A DNA stretch of 64,000 nucleotides, from the NCBI GenBank assembly GCA_965203175.1, contig OZ241867.1, positions 4,192,001-4,256,000 of the forward strand, in the 5' to 3' direction. Both the position numbers and the translations under genes were made by a program. The notes below the pieces were generated by a model. That model worked only from the letters and a program-made list of their open reading frames with translations. It was not told the DNA's origin and ran no database searches. Positions 18,610 through 29,476 of the stretch are shown here, one piece after another; the first letter of the stretch is position 1, and each line of letters opens with the position of its first letter. This DNA comes from Candidatus Latescibacterota bacterium (lineage in GTDB: Bacteria; Latescibacterota; UBA2968; UBA8231).

Positions 18610-19581
18610 ATGAAGATAAAGTGGAGCGGAGTAGCGCTGATGTGTTGGGTGTTCGCCGCGGGCGTCCAAGCGCAGACCATAGCCGTTGATGAGCGGATCG
18701 CGCCCTACGAGAAGGTGCGCGGCTTGTCTGGTAACGCCAGCAGTATTGGCTCCGATACGATGAACAACATGATGGCTCTCTGGCTGGAGGCCTTCCGCAA
18801 GTACTATCCCAACGTCAAGATCCAGATCGAGGGCAAAGGGTCTAGTACCGCGCCACCAGCCCTAATCGAAGGCACGGCTCAGTTCGGGCCGATGTCGCGG
18901 CCGATGAAGTCGAGCGAGGAGGACAAATTCGAGCAGGCTTTCGGCTACAAGCCAACGCCCTTGCGGGCGGCGCTAGACGCACTGGCGGTCTTTGTCAACA
19001 AGGACAACCCCATCAAGGGCTTGAGCCTGCCGCAAGTCGATGCGATTTTTTCCAAGACCCGCCGCAGCGAGTTCCCCAATGACATCGCCGCTTGGGGCCA
19101 GTTGGGGCTGGATGGGGATTGGGCCAAGGCCCGGATCAGCCTCTACGGCCGCAACTCGGCCTCGGGCACCTATGGCTTTTTTAAGAAGCAGGCCCTGTTC
19201 AAAGGCGACTACAAGGACGAAGTGAAAGAGCAGCCCGGCTCGGCCTCCGTAGTCCAAGGCATCACCGAGGATCGCTTCGCCATAGGATACAGCGGCATTG
19301 GCTATCAGACCTCGGGGGTGCGCGTCGTGCCCTTGGCCAAAACCGAGGGACAGGAGTTTAAACAAGGGTCTATGGAAAACGTATTGAATGGCTCTTATCC
19401 TCTCGGGCGCTTCCTGTACATTTACATGAACAAGGCTCCCGGCCAAGCCATGGATCCGCTAGTGAAAGAATTCTGCAAGTTCATTTTTTCCAAAGAGGGT
19501 CAAGAAATTGTCGTCAAGGATGGCTATATGCCCGTGCCGTTTGAAGTAGCACAAGCCGAATTGGCCAAGTTGGATAGCTAA
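18610..19581 (+). CDS. pstS: Phosphate ABC transporter substrate-binding protein
   Basis: GSDTM, EGKGSSTAPPAL, YGRNSASGTY, EQPGSASVV; alternative start 18583. Confidence 0.93.
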   Translation: MKIKWSGVALMCWVFAAGVQAQTIAVDERIAPYEKVRGLSGNASSIGSDTMNNMMALWLEAFRKYYPNVKIQIEGKGSSTAPPALIEGTAQFGPMSRPMKSSEEDKFEQAFGYKPTPLRAALDALAVFVNKDNPIKGLSLPQVDAIFSKTRRSEFPNDIAAWGQLGLDGDWAKARISLYGRNSASGTYGFFKKQALFKGDYKDEVKEQPGSASVVQGITEDRFAIGYSGIGYQTSGVRVVPLAKTEGQEFKQGSMENVLNGSYPLGRFLYIYMNKAPGQAMDPLVKEFCKFIFSKEGQEIVVKDGYMPVPFEVAQAELAKLDS

Positions 19582-19593
19582 AGGCGCGAGGGC

Positions 19594-21798
19594 GTGGGCG
19601 AAAAGCCATATAAGCGCGGGATCACGCCGCGAGCGCGAATCTTCGACTGGCTAGCTGGGCGCTGTATCTCCATTGGCGGCATCGGCATTATCGCCGCCGT
19701 CATGGGGATATTCTTCTTCGTCCTTTCCGAGGCGTGGCCCTTGTTTTGCTCCCCAGAGGTAACAGCAGAAAAAGCACACCAAGTGGCCGGCCCATTCGCC
19801 ATTGGGCTCGACCCCTACTACCAGACCGCTTATGCAGTCGGCCCCCAAGGGGTGGATTTGTTGCGGTTGGACGATGGCCAAGTCATCCGCCGTGAACGGC
19901 CAGCCGAGCTGACGGGCCGCAAAGTAACGGCCGCACAGCGGATGCCAAACGACGTTTTGGCGCTGGGCACGGACGACGGTCATTTGCTAGTGGCGCGGAT
20001 TCGCTTCCAACTCGATTACAGCAGCGGCCAGCGGCAGGTGGTGACGCAGTTTGCGGTTGAGCGCCTCATCGCAGTTGATCCGGCGGGCGAGTCGCTGGTG
20101 CAAGTGGCCTTTCGGGAAGGGGACGATGGCCGCTCGGCCGCCGCGGCGATTACGGCGAGTGGCCGCTTGGTGGTGATGGGAGCCGAGCAGCAGCAGGGCC
20201 TATTGGGGCCGGGCGAGCGCCGAGAAAGACAGTACGAGCTAACGGCTGACCTCGACGGCAAGGCCACGCAGGTACTACTCGACGGTCGCATTCGTCAGTT
20301 GCTCGTGGGTACGGATCAGGGACAGGTGTACGAGTGGCGGCTGGGCGCGGTGGAACAAGCGCCGGCGTTTGTGGGGCACATTGCTGTCTCAGAGGTGGCG
20401 GTCTCGGCGTTGGGGTACGCGCTGGGCGAGGTTTCGCTGGTCGTCGGCGACGCGGCTGGCCACGTCAGCACTTGGTTTAAGGTCGAGGAAAATGGGCAGC
20501 GCTCGTATCGCAAAATTCACGCCTTTGTTCCCCATGCGTCAGCCGTTACCCACATTGCCGCCTCTACGCGCGACAAGCAGTTCCTCACGACCGACGCCGA
20601 GGGGGCCATCGCCCTGCACCACTTAACCTCCGAACAGACGGCCTTCCAACTGCGGGACGACTCCCCGGCGACCGCGTTGGTCTTTGCACCCAAGGCCGAT
20701 GGATTTTTGGTCTTGGGCCAAGACGGGTGGTTGCGGCGCTTTGCTCTCGACCATCCCCACCCCGAAATCAGCGCAGCCGTGCTATTCGGCTCCATCTGGT
20801 ACGAGGGCTACCAAGGCCGCGAATACGTGTGGCAGTCCACCGGCGGCACGGACGAGTTCGAACCGAAGCTCAGCTTGGTACCGCTGATTTTGGGTACGGC
20901 CAAGGGCACGCTCTATGCCCTGCTTTTCGCGTTGCCGTTGGCGATTTTAGCGGCGATTTACACGGCTGAATTTGCCTCGCCGCGCGTGCAGGGCTTGGTC
21001 AAGCCGTCCGTGGAAGTCATGGCCTCGTTGCCGAGCGTCATCTTGGGCTTCTTAGCTGGCTTGTGGCTGGCCCCACTCCTCGAATCGCACTTGTTGGGGA
21101 CCTTGCTGCTGCTGCCAGCGGTGCCAACCGTGGTCATAGCTGCGGCTTGGGGCTGGCAATACGCTCCAGAGGCTTGGGTGCGCCAAGTGGCGCGGGTGGG
21201 GGAGATATATTTGCTCGGCGCGGTGACCCTACTGGTCGCTTGGTTGGCGTACGCGCTGGGGCCGGTCTTTGAAGACTTGGCTTTTGACGGGCACTTCCTG
21301 CGCTGGCTGCGGCAGGACGCGGGCGTTGGCTACGACCAGCGCAATTGCTTGGTCGTGGGGTTTGCCATGGGCTTTGCGGTCGTTCCGCTGGTCTTTACCA
21401 TCTGCGAGGACGCACTTTCTAGCGTACCTAGCCACTTGCGCGCCGGCTCGCTGGCCTTGGGAGCCACGCCGTGGCAGACGGCGATCAAGGTGGTGTTGCC
21501 CATGGCCCTGCCGGGCATTTTCTCGGCGTCCATGATCGGCCTCGGCCGCGCCATCGGGGAAACCATGATCGTGCTGATGGCCACGGGCAATACCCCGATC
21601 ATGGATTGGAACATCTTCAACGGCATGCGCACCATTTCGGCCAATATCGCCGTGGAGTTACCCGAAGCACCGCACCAAGGTACGCTCTACCGAGTGCTTT
21701 TCCTCAGTGGCTTGCTGCTGTTTATGGTCACCTTCTGTATCAACTCGTTGGCCGAGATCGTGCGCCAGCGCTTGCGGGATAAGTACAATCGACTGTGA
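19594..21798 (+). CDS. pstC: Phosphate ABC permease PstC, long form with periplasmic beta-propeller-like domain
   Basis: EVMASLPSVILG, GSLALGATPWQT, GRAIGETMIV. Confidence 0.9.
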   Translation: MGEKPYKRGITPRARIFDWLAGRCISIGGIGIIAAVMGIFFFVLSEAWPLFCSPEVTAEKAHQVAGPFAIGLDPYYQTAYAVGPQGVDLLRLDDGQVIRRERPAELTGRKVTAAQRMPNDVLALGTDDGHLLVARIRFQLDYSSGQRQVVTQFAVERLIAVDPAGESLVQVAFREGDDGRSAAAAITASGRLVVMGAEQQQGLLGPGERRERQYELTADLDGKATQVLLDGRIRQLLVGTDQGQVYEWRLGAVEQAPAFVGHIAVSEVAVSALGYALGEVSLVVGDAAGHVSTWFKVEENGQRSYRKIHAFVPHASAVTHIAASTRDKQFLTTDAEGAIALHHLTSEQTAFQLRDDSPATALVFAPKADGFLVLGQDGWLRRFALDHPHPEISAAVLFGSIWYEGYQGREYVWQSTGGTDEFEPKLSLVPLILGTAKGTLYALLFALPLAILAAIYTAEFASPRVQGLVKPSVEVMASLPSVILGFLAGLWLAPLLESHLLGTLLLLPAVPTVVIAAAWGWQYAPEAWVRQVARVGEIYLLGAVTLLVAWLAYALGPVFEDLAFDGHFLRWLRQDAGVGYDQRNCLVVGFAMGFAVVPLVFTICEDALSSVPSHLRAGSLALGATPWQTAIKVVLPMALPGIFSASMIGLGRAIGETMIVLMATGNTPIMDWNIFNGMRTISANIAVELPEAPHQGTLYRVLFLSGLLLFMVTFCINSLAEIVRQRLRDKYNRL

Positions 21799-23390
21799 TG
21801 AAATTCTGGCAGCGGGGCGACCCTTTTATCTGGCTTACGGGCGGGGCATTGGCCCTGTGTTTGGCGATGATCGCCGGTTTGGTGGGGATCATTGTCTATC
21901 ACGGCGCGGGCGTGTTCTGGCCGCAGGATTTGACCCTGTTGCGCCTCAAAGACGGTCCGCCGGTCATGGGCAAATTGATGGATCGCCAGCCCATTCCCGG
22001 GGCCGCAGGGCACTATCGGGTGCAGCTAAAGGTCGGCAACCGCGATGCGTATGGCCAAGACTTTCGCTGGGTGGATGAAGACGCGATTGCCGAGCGCGAA
22101 ACACCGCCCGAGGCCGTGGTCTTCGAGCGAGTCGAGTGGGGCGATACGCACGGCTTTATCGCAGCTTTGTACGAGGAGGAGCGGTTGCTGGCAAAAGGGG
22201 TGGGGGTCTGGGAGGTCTTACAGGAACTGCTGGCCCAGGTCGGCGAGCTGGACGAGCGCATTCGCACCTTGGAGCGCGGCGAGTTGGACAAGCTCAACCG
22301 CGCTATAGATGACTTGCACCTGCAGGAGCGTCGCTTGCAGCGCGAGCAAAATGACGCACAACTGACTGCAATCGAGGTGCGTCGCCAGGCCCTATGGGAC
22401 GAGCACGAGGCCCTGTCTGGGCGCTTGGACGAGTTGCGGGAGCAGCAGGAACGCTGGGAGGTGGAAGTCGCGCTGGCCGGGGGTGAGACGCGCCGCGTCG
22501 CGGTGGCAGCTATCGTTCGCGCTTATCGACCCAATTTGATGGGCTTTTGGGCCAAGGTGCAGACCTATCTGTCCAAGGGCTGGGAGTTCGTGGCGGGCGA
22601 GCCGCGCGAATCCAACACCGAGGGCGGCATATTCCCCGCGCTGTTTGGCACGGTGATGATGGTGATGCTGATGAGCTTGGCGGCCGTGCCCTTTGGGGTC
22701 CTCGCAGCGCTCTACCTGCGCGAGTACGCCCGGCAGGGCCTTTTGGTGCGCCTCGTGCGGATTGCGGTCAACAACTTGGCGGGTGTGCCTTCGATTGTCT
22801 TTGGCATGTTTGGCTTGGGGTTTTTTGTTTACGGCATCGGCGGTAGCATTGACCAGCTCTTTTACGCGGATGCCCTGCCGACGCCCACTTATGGCACCGG
22901 CGGCATTCTTTGGGCCTCGCTGACCCTTGCCCTGCTGACGGTGCCGGTCGTCATAGTTGCCACGGAGGAGAGCTTGGCGGCCGTGCCCCGCGAGATGCGC
23001 GAAGGTGCGCTGGCTTTGGGGGCGACCAAATTTCAGATGATTTGGAGTGTGGTGCTGCCCAGTGCTCTGCCGGGCATTCTCACGGGCGTCATCTTGGCCA
23101 CGGCGCGCGGGGCTGGCGAGGTCGCGCCGCTGATGATCACTGGCGTCGTCAAGCTAGCGCCGGATTTACCGCTCGATGCGTTCACACCATTTTTTCACTT
23201 GGAGCGCAAGTTTATGCACTTGGGCTTCCACATCTACGATGTGGGCTTCCAGTCGCCCAACGTGGAGGCGGCCCGGCCCATGGTGTACACCACAGCCTTA
23301 CTGTTGTTGACTATTGTGTTGCTCCTGAACTTGACGGCGATTGTCGTCCGCAACAAATTGCGCAAGAAATACGCCAGCGCGGCCTTTTAG
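21795..23390 (+). CDS. pstA: Phosphate ABC permease PstA, long form with coiled-coil periplasmic insert
   Basis: [34 protein letters not shown]. Confidence 0.92.
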   Translation: MMKFWQRGDPFIWLTGGALALCLAMIAGLVGIIVYHGAGVFWPQDLTLLRLKDGPPVMGKLMDRQPIPGAAGHYRVQLKVGNRDAYGQDFRWVDEDAIAERETPPEAVVFERVEWGDTHGFIAALYEEERLLAKGVGVWEVLQELLAQVGELDERIRTLERGELDKLNRAIDDLHLQERRLQREQNDAQLTAIEVRRQALWDEHEALSGRLDELREQQERWEVEVALAGGETRRVAVAAIVRAYRPNLMGFWAKVQTYLSKGWEFVAGEPRESNTEGGIFPALFGTVMMVMLMSLAAVPFGVLAALYLREYARQGLLVRLVRIAVNNLAGVPSIVFGMFGLGFFVYGIGGSIDQLFYADALPTPTYGTGGILWASLTLALLTVPVVIVATEESLAAVPREMREGALALGATKFQMIWSVVLPSALPGILTGVILATARGAGEVAPLMITGVVKLAPDLPLDAFTPFFHLERKFMHLGFHIYDVGFQSPNVEAARPMVYTTALLLLTIVLLLNLTAIVVRNKLRKKYASAAF

Positions 23391-23398
23391 GAGATGCC

Positions 23399-24181
23399 AT
23401 GAGTACGCCCGTAGCCTCGGACCATGCACATCCCATCGTCGAAGTGGAAAACCTGAACATGTTCTACGGCGAGACTCAGGCTTTGCACGACATCGACCTG
23501 AGCATTCCCCCACGCGAGGTGACCGCGTTTATCGGACCTTCGGGCTGCGGTAAATCGACGCTCTTGCGCTGCTTCAATCGCCTCAACGACCTGGTCGAAT
23601 CCGCGCGCATTGAAGGCTCGGTGCGGGTCAGCGGTCGCGATATTTACGCGCCCGATTGCGATGTAATCGACTTGCGGCGGCGGGTGGGCATGGTGTTCCA
23701 AAAGTCCAATCCCTTCCCCAAGTCCATCTACGAGAACGTAGCCTACGGCCTGCGCGTGGCTGGGGAAAACCGCCGCTGGGTGCTCGACGAGGCCGTGGAG
23801 AAAAGTCTGAAGGCCGCGGCGCTGTGGGATGAGGTCAAGGACCGGATCAAGGACAACGCGCTGAGCTTGTCCGGCGGCCAACAGCAGCGGCTGTGCATCG
23901 CGCGCACCCTCGCCGTCGAGCCAGAGGTGGTGCTGATGGACGAGCCGTGCTCGGCGCTGGACCCGATTGCCACTGGGCGGGTCGAGGAGACGATCACCGA
24001 GCTGAAGTCCGATTACACCATCATCGTCGTCACGCACAATCTGCAACAGGCCGCGCGGATTTCGACCTATACGGCCTTCTACTATCTGGGCTCCTTGATC
24101 GAATTCAGTCAGACCGAAGACATGTTTACCAACCCCCGTAACAAACAGACCGAAGACTACGTAACCGGCCGCTTTGGCTGA
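23399..24181 (+). CDS. pstB: Phosphate ABC ATPase
   Basis: [43 protein letters not shown]; start ATG 23399. Confidence 0.96.
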   Translation: MSTPVASDHAHPIVEVENLNMFYGETQALHDIDLSIPPREVTAFIGPSGCGKSTLLRCFNRLNDLVESARIEGSVRVSGRDIYAPDCDVIDLRRRVGMVFQKSNPFPKSIYENVAYGLRVAGENRRWVLDEAVEKSLKAAALWDEVKDRIKDNALSLSGGQQQRLCIARTLAVEPEVVLMDEPCSALDPIATGRVEETITELKSDYTIIVVTHNLQQAARISTYTAFYYLGSLIEFSQTEDMFTNPRNKQTEDYVTGRFG

Positions 24182-24195
24182 GGGAGGAAGGTGCC

Positions 24196-24885
24196 ATGGA
24201 ACGAAGATTTGACCAGCAATTAGACGAGCTCAAACAGGACTTGTTAAGAATGAGCGGGGCCGTCGAGGAGTCCATTGGGCAGGCCGTACGCGCCCTCGTG
24301 GAGCGCGACGACGAGCTAGTGCAGGTAGTGATTGAGGGGGGGAAGAAGATCGACGATTGGGAGATCGGCATTGAGGAGACCTGCCTGAAGGTGTTTGCGA
24401 CCCAAGGGCCGATGGCCAGCGACCTGCGGCTGTTGGCCTGCATCCTAAAAATCAACGAAGACCTAGAACGCATCAACGACGAAGCCGTCAACATCGTCCA
24501 ACGCGCCGAGGTGCTCAACAAACTGCCGCTGCTCAAACCGCTGATCGACATCCCGCGCATGTCCGAATTGGCCCAGGGCATGGTCAAGGATGCTCTCGAC
24601 GCGTTCGTGCGCCGCGACGTGGACTTGGCGCGCGACGTTGGTCAGCGCGACGAGGAACTCGACCTGTTGCGCGACCAGATTTTTCGCGAGCTGCTCACGT
24701 ACATGCACGCGCCGTCGATTGGGCCGGACACCATCGACCGCGGCATCTACCTGATCTTGGTGTCGCGGCACCTCGAAAGGATCGGCGATCACGCCTCCAA
24801 CATCGCCGAGAACGTGGCGTTCCTCGTCGAGGGGCGCATCGTGCGGCATCAAAAAGAAGAATGGTGGGAGGAAAAGGACTCATGA
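24196..24885 (+). CDS. phoU: Phosphate signalling complex protein
   Basis: PMASDLR, DLERIND, LERIGDHASNIAE. Confidence 0.94.
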   Translation: MERRFDQQLDELKQDLLRMSGAVEESIGQAVRALVERDDELVQVVIEGGKKIDDWEIGIEETCLKVFATQGPMASDLRLLACILKINEDLERINDEAVNIVQRAEVLNKLPLLKPLIDIPRMSELAQGMVKDALDAFVRRDVDLARDVGQRDEELDLLRDQIFRELLTYMHAPSIGPDTIDRGIYLILVSRHLERIGDHASNIAENVAFLVEGRIVRHQKEEWWEEKDS

Positions 24886-25574
24886 ACGACAAAATCCTAG
24901 TCGTCGAGGACGAGCCCGACATTCTCGCCTTGGTCTCGTACCATTTAGAACAATCCGGTTTTGCCGTCGTGCCAGCCGAGGACGAAGAGCAGGCCTTGAG
25001 CGCGGTTGAGCAAAATCAGGTTTGCCTCGTGGTCTTGGATTTGATGCTGCCGGGCATCGGCGGTTTGGAGGTCTGCCGCCTCCTCAAGCAAAATCCCCGC
25101 ACCAAAGACATACCGGTCTTGATGCTGACGGCACGCGCCGGCGAGATCGACCGCATCGTCGGCTTGGAGTTGGGGGCGGATGATTACTTGGTCAAACCCT
25201 TTTCCCCGCGCGAGCTCGTCTTGCGCATCCGCGCCATCTTGCGCCGCGTGCAAAGTAGCGACGAAGCGGAAGACGCGCAGATCGTAGCCGGCCCCTTGGC
25301 CATTGATCCGGTGGGATGTCAGGTGCAAATCGACAGCGATCCCATCGAGTTGACGGCGACCGAATTCAAGCTCTTGACGACCCTTGCGCAGCGGCGCGGG
25401 CGGGTGCAGTCGCGTGAGGAGTTGCTCAAGGTGGTGTGGGGCTACGAGTACGCTGGTTATCGCCGCACGGTTGACACCCACATCCGCCGCCTGCGCGAAA
25501 AGCTCGGGGCAGCAGCCGAGATGGTCGAAACCGTGCGCGGCATGGGTTACCGCTTTCGCCGAGAGGGACGATAG
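24882..25574 (+). CDS. phoB: OmpR/PhoB-family response regulator
   Basis: VVEDE, LDLMLP, GADDYLVKPF, RTVDTHIRRLREKL; ATGA overlap with phoU. Confidence 0.88.
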   Translation: MNDKILVVEDEPDILALVSYHLEQSGFAVVPAEDEEQALSAVEQNQVCLVVLDLMLPGIGGLEVCRLLKQNPRTKDIPVLMLTARAGEIDRIVGLELGADDYLVKPFSPRELVLRIRAILRRVQSSDEAEDAQIVAGPLAIDPVGCQVQIDSDPIELTATEFKLLTTLAQRRGRVQSREELLKVVWGYEYAGYRRTVDTHIRRLREKLGAAAEMVETVRGMGYRFRREGR

Positions 25575-25575
25575 G

Positions 25576-26889
25576 GTGCACTTAGGGTGGATCGTGTTCC
25601 TGAGCAACGCGCTGTTAGTCGTGCTCGTCTGGTGGAGTGGTCACATCGCACTCGCGCTCGCGTTGGCCGCGCTTTGGACTGGCGGCCAAATTTGGTTCTG
25701 GGGTCGCACGGCTCGCCGGCAGGGAGAGCGGTTGCGCCAACTCGACCAAGCGACTCCCGGCGACTCGGCTTGGCTGGAGGCATTCCATCCCGAGTTGGCG
25801 CGTCCGCTCGAGGAACTCGCCGAGCGCATTCAACAGCGCGTCGGTCAGCTAGAGAGCGAAAATAACCGCTTAGGGATCATCCTCGAAAGCATTACCGAGG
25901 CCATCCTGGTCGTCGACCGCGATGGCCGTGTGGTGCTGGCCAACAAAGCGCTGGCCAACCTGTTTGGCATAGACCCGCCGCTAGAGGGGCTGTTGACCGC
26001 CGAGGTCGTGCGCTACTCGGCCATCCAAGATGCCTTGGCTGGGTGTTTGGCCGATGGCCGACGGCGAGCAATGGAAGTGGACCTGACTGGTGCCCGAGAG
26101 CGCCATTTGGACATGCAGGTCGCGCCCGTCTTCGAAGGGAACGAGTGCATTGGTGCGGTGGCGGTGCTCTACGATATTACGCGCCTGCGCCAACTAGAGC
26201 GGATGCGCCGCGACTTTGTGGCCAATGTGTCCCACGAGTTGTGTACGCCATTGACAGCCATCAAGGGCTATGCCGAAATTTTATCCGATGGTGCGGTCGA
26301 CGACCGGGAGACGGCGCGCCGCTTCACCGGCATCATCGAGAATCACGCCGACCGCTTGACCCGCTTGCTCGGCGACTTGCTCGATCTGTCGCGGCTGGAG
26401 TCCGATCAACTGGAAGTCGAGCTGATCCCTTGCGAGCTGAAGCCTTTGGTGGATACGTCCGTTGGTTCGGTCAGCCAAGCGGCCGCGCAAAAACAAATCG
26501 ACATTCACTGCGACATTCCGCCGTCTGTCCAAGTGATTTGCGATCCCAAATTGATTGAACAGGCCCTAATCAACTTGCTCGACAACGCCGTCAAATACAC
26601 GCCCGCCGGTGGGAAAGTCCGCATTGGCACGCGGCCTATAGAGGACGCCGGTCGCCTAGCGATTTACGTCGAAGATACCGGCATTGGCATTCCCTCCGAG
26701 GACTTGGGGCGGATTTTCGAGCGCTTCTACCGGGTTGACAAGGGGCGCTCGCGCGACCTCGGCGGCACGGGCTTGGGCTTGTCTATCGTGCGCCACATTG
26801 CCGAAGTCCACGGCGAGCAAGTGTCCGTACAGAGCAAGTTAGGCGCGGGGACGACTTTCAGCTTTGAACTGCAAAGCCGCGGTATCTAA
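25576..26889 (+). CDS. phoR: PhoR-like PAS-HisKA-HATPase sensor kinase
   Basis: RRDFVANVSHEL, NLLDNAVKY, ERFYRVDKGRSR, GGTGLGL; start GTG 25576 inferred. Confidence 0.88.
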   Translation: MHLGWIVFLSNALLVVLVWWSGHIALALALAALWTGGQIWFWGRTARRQGERLRQLDQATPGDSAWLEAFHPELARPLEELAERIQQRVGQLESENNRLGIILESITEAILVVDRDGRVVLANKALANLFGIDPPLEGLLTAEVVRYSAIQDALAGCLADGRRRAMEVDLTGARERHLDMQVAPVFEGNECIGAVAVLYDITRLRQLERMRRDFVANVSHELCTPLTAIKGYAEILSDGAVDDRETARRFTGIIENHADRLTRLLGDLLDLSRLESDQLEVELIPCELKPLVDTSVGSVSQAAAQKQIDIHCDIPPSVQVICDPKLIEQALINLLDNAVKYTPAGGKVRIGTRPIEDAGRLAIYVEDTGIGIPSEDLGRIFERFYRVDKGRSRDLGGTGLGLSIVRHIAEVHGEQVSVQSKLGAGTTFSFELQSRGI

Positions 26890-27253
26890 AGCCGCGATAC
26901 TGTGCTGGGCATTGGCTGTCCTAGTGATTGGCTGCGCTGGTGAAAGCGACGACGGCGCGGTGGCCCAGGGCAAAGCGCTCTTTACCCGCAATGGGTGCGC
27001 GGTGTGCCACGGCCCGGACGGTCGCGGCGATGGCCAGATCGCGGCAACGCTCAAGCCGCCCCCGCGCGATTTCCGCGATCCCGCCGCCTATAAAAACGGC
27101 CACAGCAAGGCCGCCATCGCCCGGACGATTCAGAAGGGAATGCCCGGTACTTCCATGCCGGGTTATCGGCATCTATCGGAGGAAGAACGCGAGCAGATTG
27201 CCGCATATATTCGCTCTTTGCTAGAAAAAAAAGAAGATGAAGACACGCCTTAG
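26864..27253 (+). CDS. Monoheme c-type cytochrome, probable lipoprotein
   Basis: CAVCH, PPRDF, GMPGTSMP (axial Met), VIGC lipobox; start uncertain. Confidence 0.85.
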   Translation: MNCKAAVSKAAILCWALAVLVIGCAGESDDGAVAQGKALFTRNGCAVCHGPDGRGDGQIAATLKPPPRDFRDPAAYKNGHSKAAIARTIQKGMPGTSMPGYRHLSEEEREQIAAYIRSLLEKKEDEDTP

Positions 27254-28331
27254 TTTGATACTTACATTCGCACTCACCCTGCTGTTTTTTGCCACTCCCC
27301 ACACAGTTCGTGCCCACAAGCTCAACACCAGCTACACGAATTTGATCGCAGAAGACGCCGCGCTCAAAGTGCGCGTGCGCATAGACGATTTCGATCTCCT
27401 GAAAATCGGCATCGATCAAGACGGGGACAGCCTGTTGTTCTACGAAGAGATAGAGGCCGGCCTCGACGACGTATTCGCCTTTGTCGAAGAGCAGATGCGC
27501 CTGCGGGCCAACGGCGAGCCGCTCGCTCTCGTGCGCGACAGGGGAGACATCACCCCGGACGATCAGGGCAATATGTTTGCCAACGTGTACTTCAGCGCCG
27601 AGTTAGAGGAACCCGTCAATGAGCTAGAGGTCTGGGTCGGTTGGCCGGAGCGCTTTGGGGACGCGCACAAAAACTTGGCCAAAATCATGTTGCCCGGTCA
27701 GCCGCTCGTCCAAGCTGTGTTTTCGGCGGAATCGCCGCAGCAGACCTTTGCTGGAGAGAAGTCGCTGTGGGACCATCTATACGAGTTCACAGTGCTCGGG
27801 GTGGAGCACATTTTCCTCGGCTACGACCACGTCATGTTTCTGCTGGCGCTGATCGTGGTGGGCGGTCGGCTACTCACTTTGGTCAAGGTGGTTACGGCCT
27901 TCACCGTTGCCCACAGCATCACTCTCTGCTTGGCGGCCCTTGAAATCGTCCGCCTGCCGAGCCAGTGGATCGAGGCTGGCATCGCCTTGAGCATCGTGTA
28001 CGTCGCGGTGGAGAACTTCTGGCTCAAGCGCATGGATTACCGCTGGATGATCACTTTTGCCTTTGGGCTGGTGCACGGGTTTGGCTTCGCCAATGTGCTG
28101 CGCGAGTTGGGATTGCCGACGCGCGGGCTGGTCGCCTCGCTGTTTGCGTTCAACGCCGGCGTGGAAATCGGCCAAGTAGCGATTGTCGCGCTCGTCTTTC
28201 CCTTGATCGCGTGGCTCAGCCGGCAGTCCTATCAGCGGACGGTTGTTTTGGTGGTGTCGGCCGTTATTGGGTTTTTTGGGCTGGGCTGGTTTGTCGAGCG
28301 GGTTTTGGGGCTGGAATACATGCCGCTGTAA
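27237..28331 (+). CDS. HupE/UreJ-family membrane protein with N-terminal extracytoplasmic domain
   Basis: GVEHIFLGYDHVMFL, FTVAHSITL, FGLVHGFGFA, FNAGVEIGQ. Confidence 0.88.
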   Translation: MKTRLSLILTFALTLLFFATPHTVRAHKLNTSYTNLIAEDAALKVRVRIDDFDLLKIGIDQDGDSLLFYEEIEAGLDDVFAFVEEQMRLRANGEPLALVRDRGDITPDDQGNMFANVYFSAELEEPVNELEVWVGWPERFGDAHKNLAKIMLPGQPLVQAVFSAESPQQTFAGEKSLWDHLYEFTVLGVEHIFLGYDHVMFLLALIVVGGRLLTLVKVVTAFTVAHSITLCLAALEIVRLPSQWIEAGIALSIVYVAVENFWLKRMDYRWMITFAFGLVHGFGFANVLRELGLPTRGLVASLFAFNAGVEIGQVAIVALVFPLIAWLSRQSYQRTVVLVVSAVIGFFGLGWFVERVLGLEYMPL

Positions 28332-28341
28332 GCGCGGCTAG

Positions 28342-29472
28342 CTAAAAATCCGCGAAGGAGCCGTCCTCTGGGTGGCGGCGCATCGTCCGCTGCCGCCAGG
28401 GGCCACGGTGGGTAGCCGCCTCTATACCGTCTGGGTCGATCTCCACGCCTAGCCCCGGCCCTCGGGGCAATTCCACAAATCCATCCTGCATTTGCAAAGG
28501 GTTGGTGAAAAACCCTTCGCCGCCACCGCCGCCGTATTCCATGATGAGGAAGTTGGGCGTACCGGCCATCGCGTGTACGGAGGCGACGATGCCGAGGGGG
28601 TCGGCGGCGTTGTGAGGCGCGACGGAGATCTCGTGGACTTCGGCTAGGGCGGCGATTTTCTTCATTTCGAGGATGCCGCCGCAGTGGCGAATATCGGGTT
28701 GGACGATGGCCGCGGCCTTGCGCTCGCACAATTCGCGGAAGCCCCAGCGGGTGGCGCAGCGCTCGCCGGTGGCGATGGGGATGGAGGTCGAGCGCGTCAG
28801 TTCTAGCAGGGGGCCGATATTGTCGGTGGAACGGGTCGGCTCCTCGACGAAGAGTGGCTTGAGTGGCTCAAGTTCGCGCAAGAGCACTTTGGCCAGCGCT
28901 GGGCTGGTGGCGCGATGGAAGTCGATGGCGATGTCAATGGTCGGGCCGACGGCTTCGCGCATGGCCGCAATATGGGATATGACTCGTTCAATGCCCGCCG
29001 GATTTTCGATGGGGCGCACAGGGTCGGGGAAGGGGGTGGTTTTGAGCGCTGTAAAGCCTTGTTTGACGCGCTGGCGGGCGGCTTGGGCGGCTTGCTCTGG
29101 GGTGGGACCCCCGGCTGCTCCATAGACCCGAATTCTCTCGCGTACTGATCCGCCTAATAGCTTCCACACGGGTAAGTTAGCAGTTTTACCTAAGATATCC
29201 AGACAGGCCATTTCTATGCCGCTGAGGGCCGCTAACAGGATCGGCATCTGGCGGGAATAGCTGGAGCGGTAGAGGGTCTGCCAGTGGTCTTCGATTTGCA
29301 AGGGGTCGCGGCCAATCAGGTAATCGCCCATGTCGAGGATGGCCCGCTCCACCGTGCGGCCGTGTTCGTAGTTCATGGGCGCGCCCAAGCCCGTAAGGCC
29401 AGCGTCAGTTTCGACTTGGAGCAAAAGGCCGCGATTGTTGAGCGGCGTAATGTCGAAGCGGGTTATTTTCAC
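28342..29472 (-). CDS. Mandelate racemase/galactonate dehydratase-family enolase
   Basis: IAIDFH, FVEEP, IATGER, QPDIRHCGG, APHN. Confidence 0.85.
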   Translation of the reverse strand: MKITRFDITPLNNRGLLLQVETDAGLTGLGAPMNYEHGRTVERAILDMGDYLIGRDPLQIEDHWQTLYRSSYSRQMPILLAALSGIEMACLDILGKTANLPVWKLLGGSVRERIRVYGAAGGPTPEQAAQAARQRVKQGFTALKTTPFPDPVRPIENPAGIERVISHIAAMREAVGPTIDIAIDFHRATSPALAKVLLRELEPLKPLFVEEPTRSTDNIGPLLELTRSTSIPIATGERCATRWGFRELCERKAAAIVQPDIRHCGGILEMKKIAALAEVHEISVAPHNAADPLGIVASVHAMAGTPNFLIMEYGGGGGEGFFTNPLQMQDGFVELPRGPGLGVEIDPDGIEAATHRGPWRQRTMRRHPEDGSFADF

Positions 29473-29476
29473 CTTC

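Noticed and set aside
22910-23398. Extended PstB N-terminus (and similarly PhoR from 25384)
   Set aside because: Off-frame overlap with the preceding genes.
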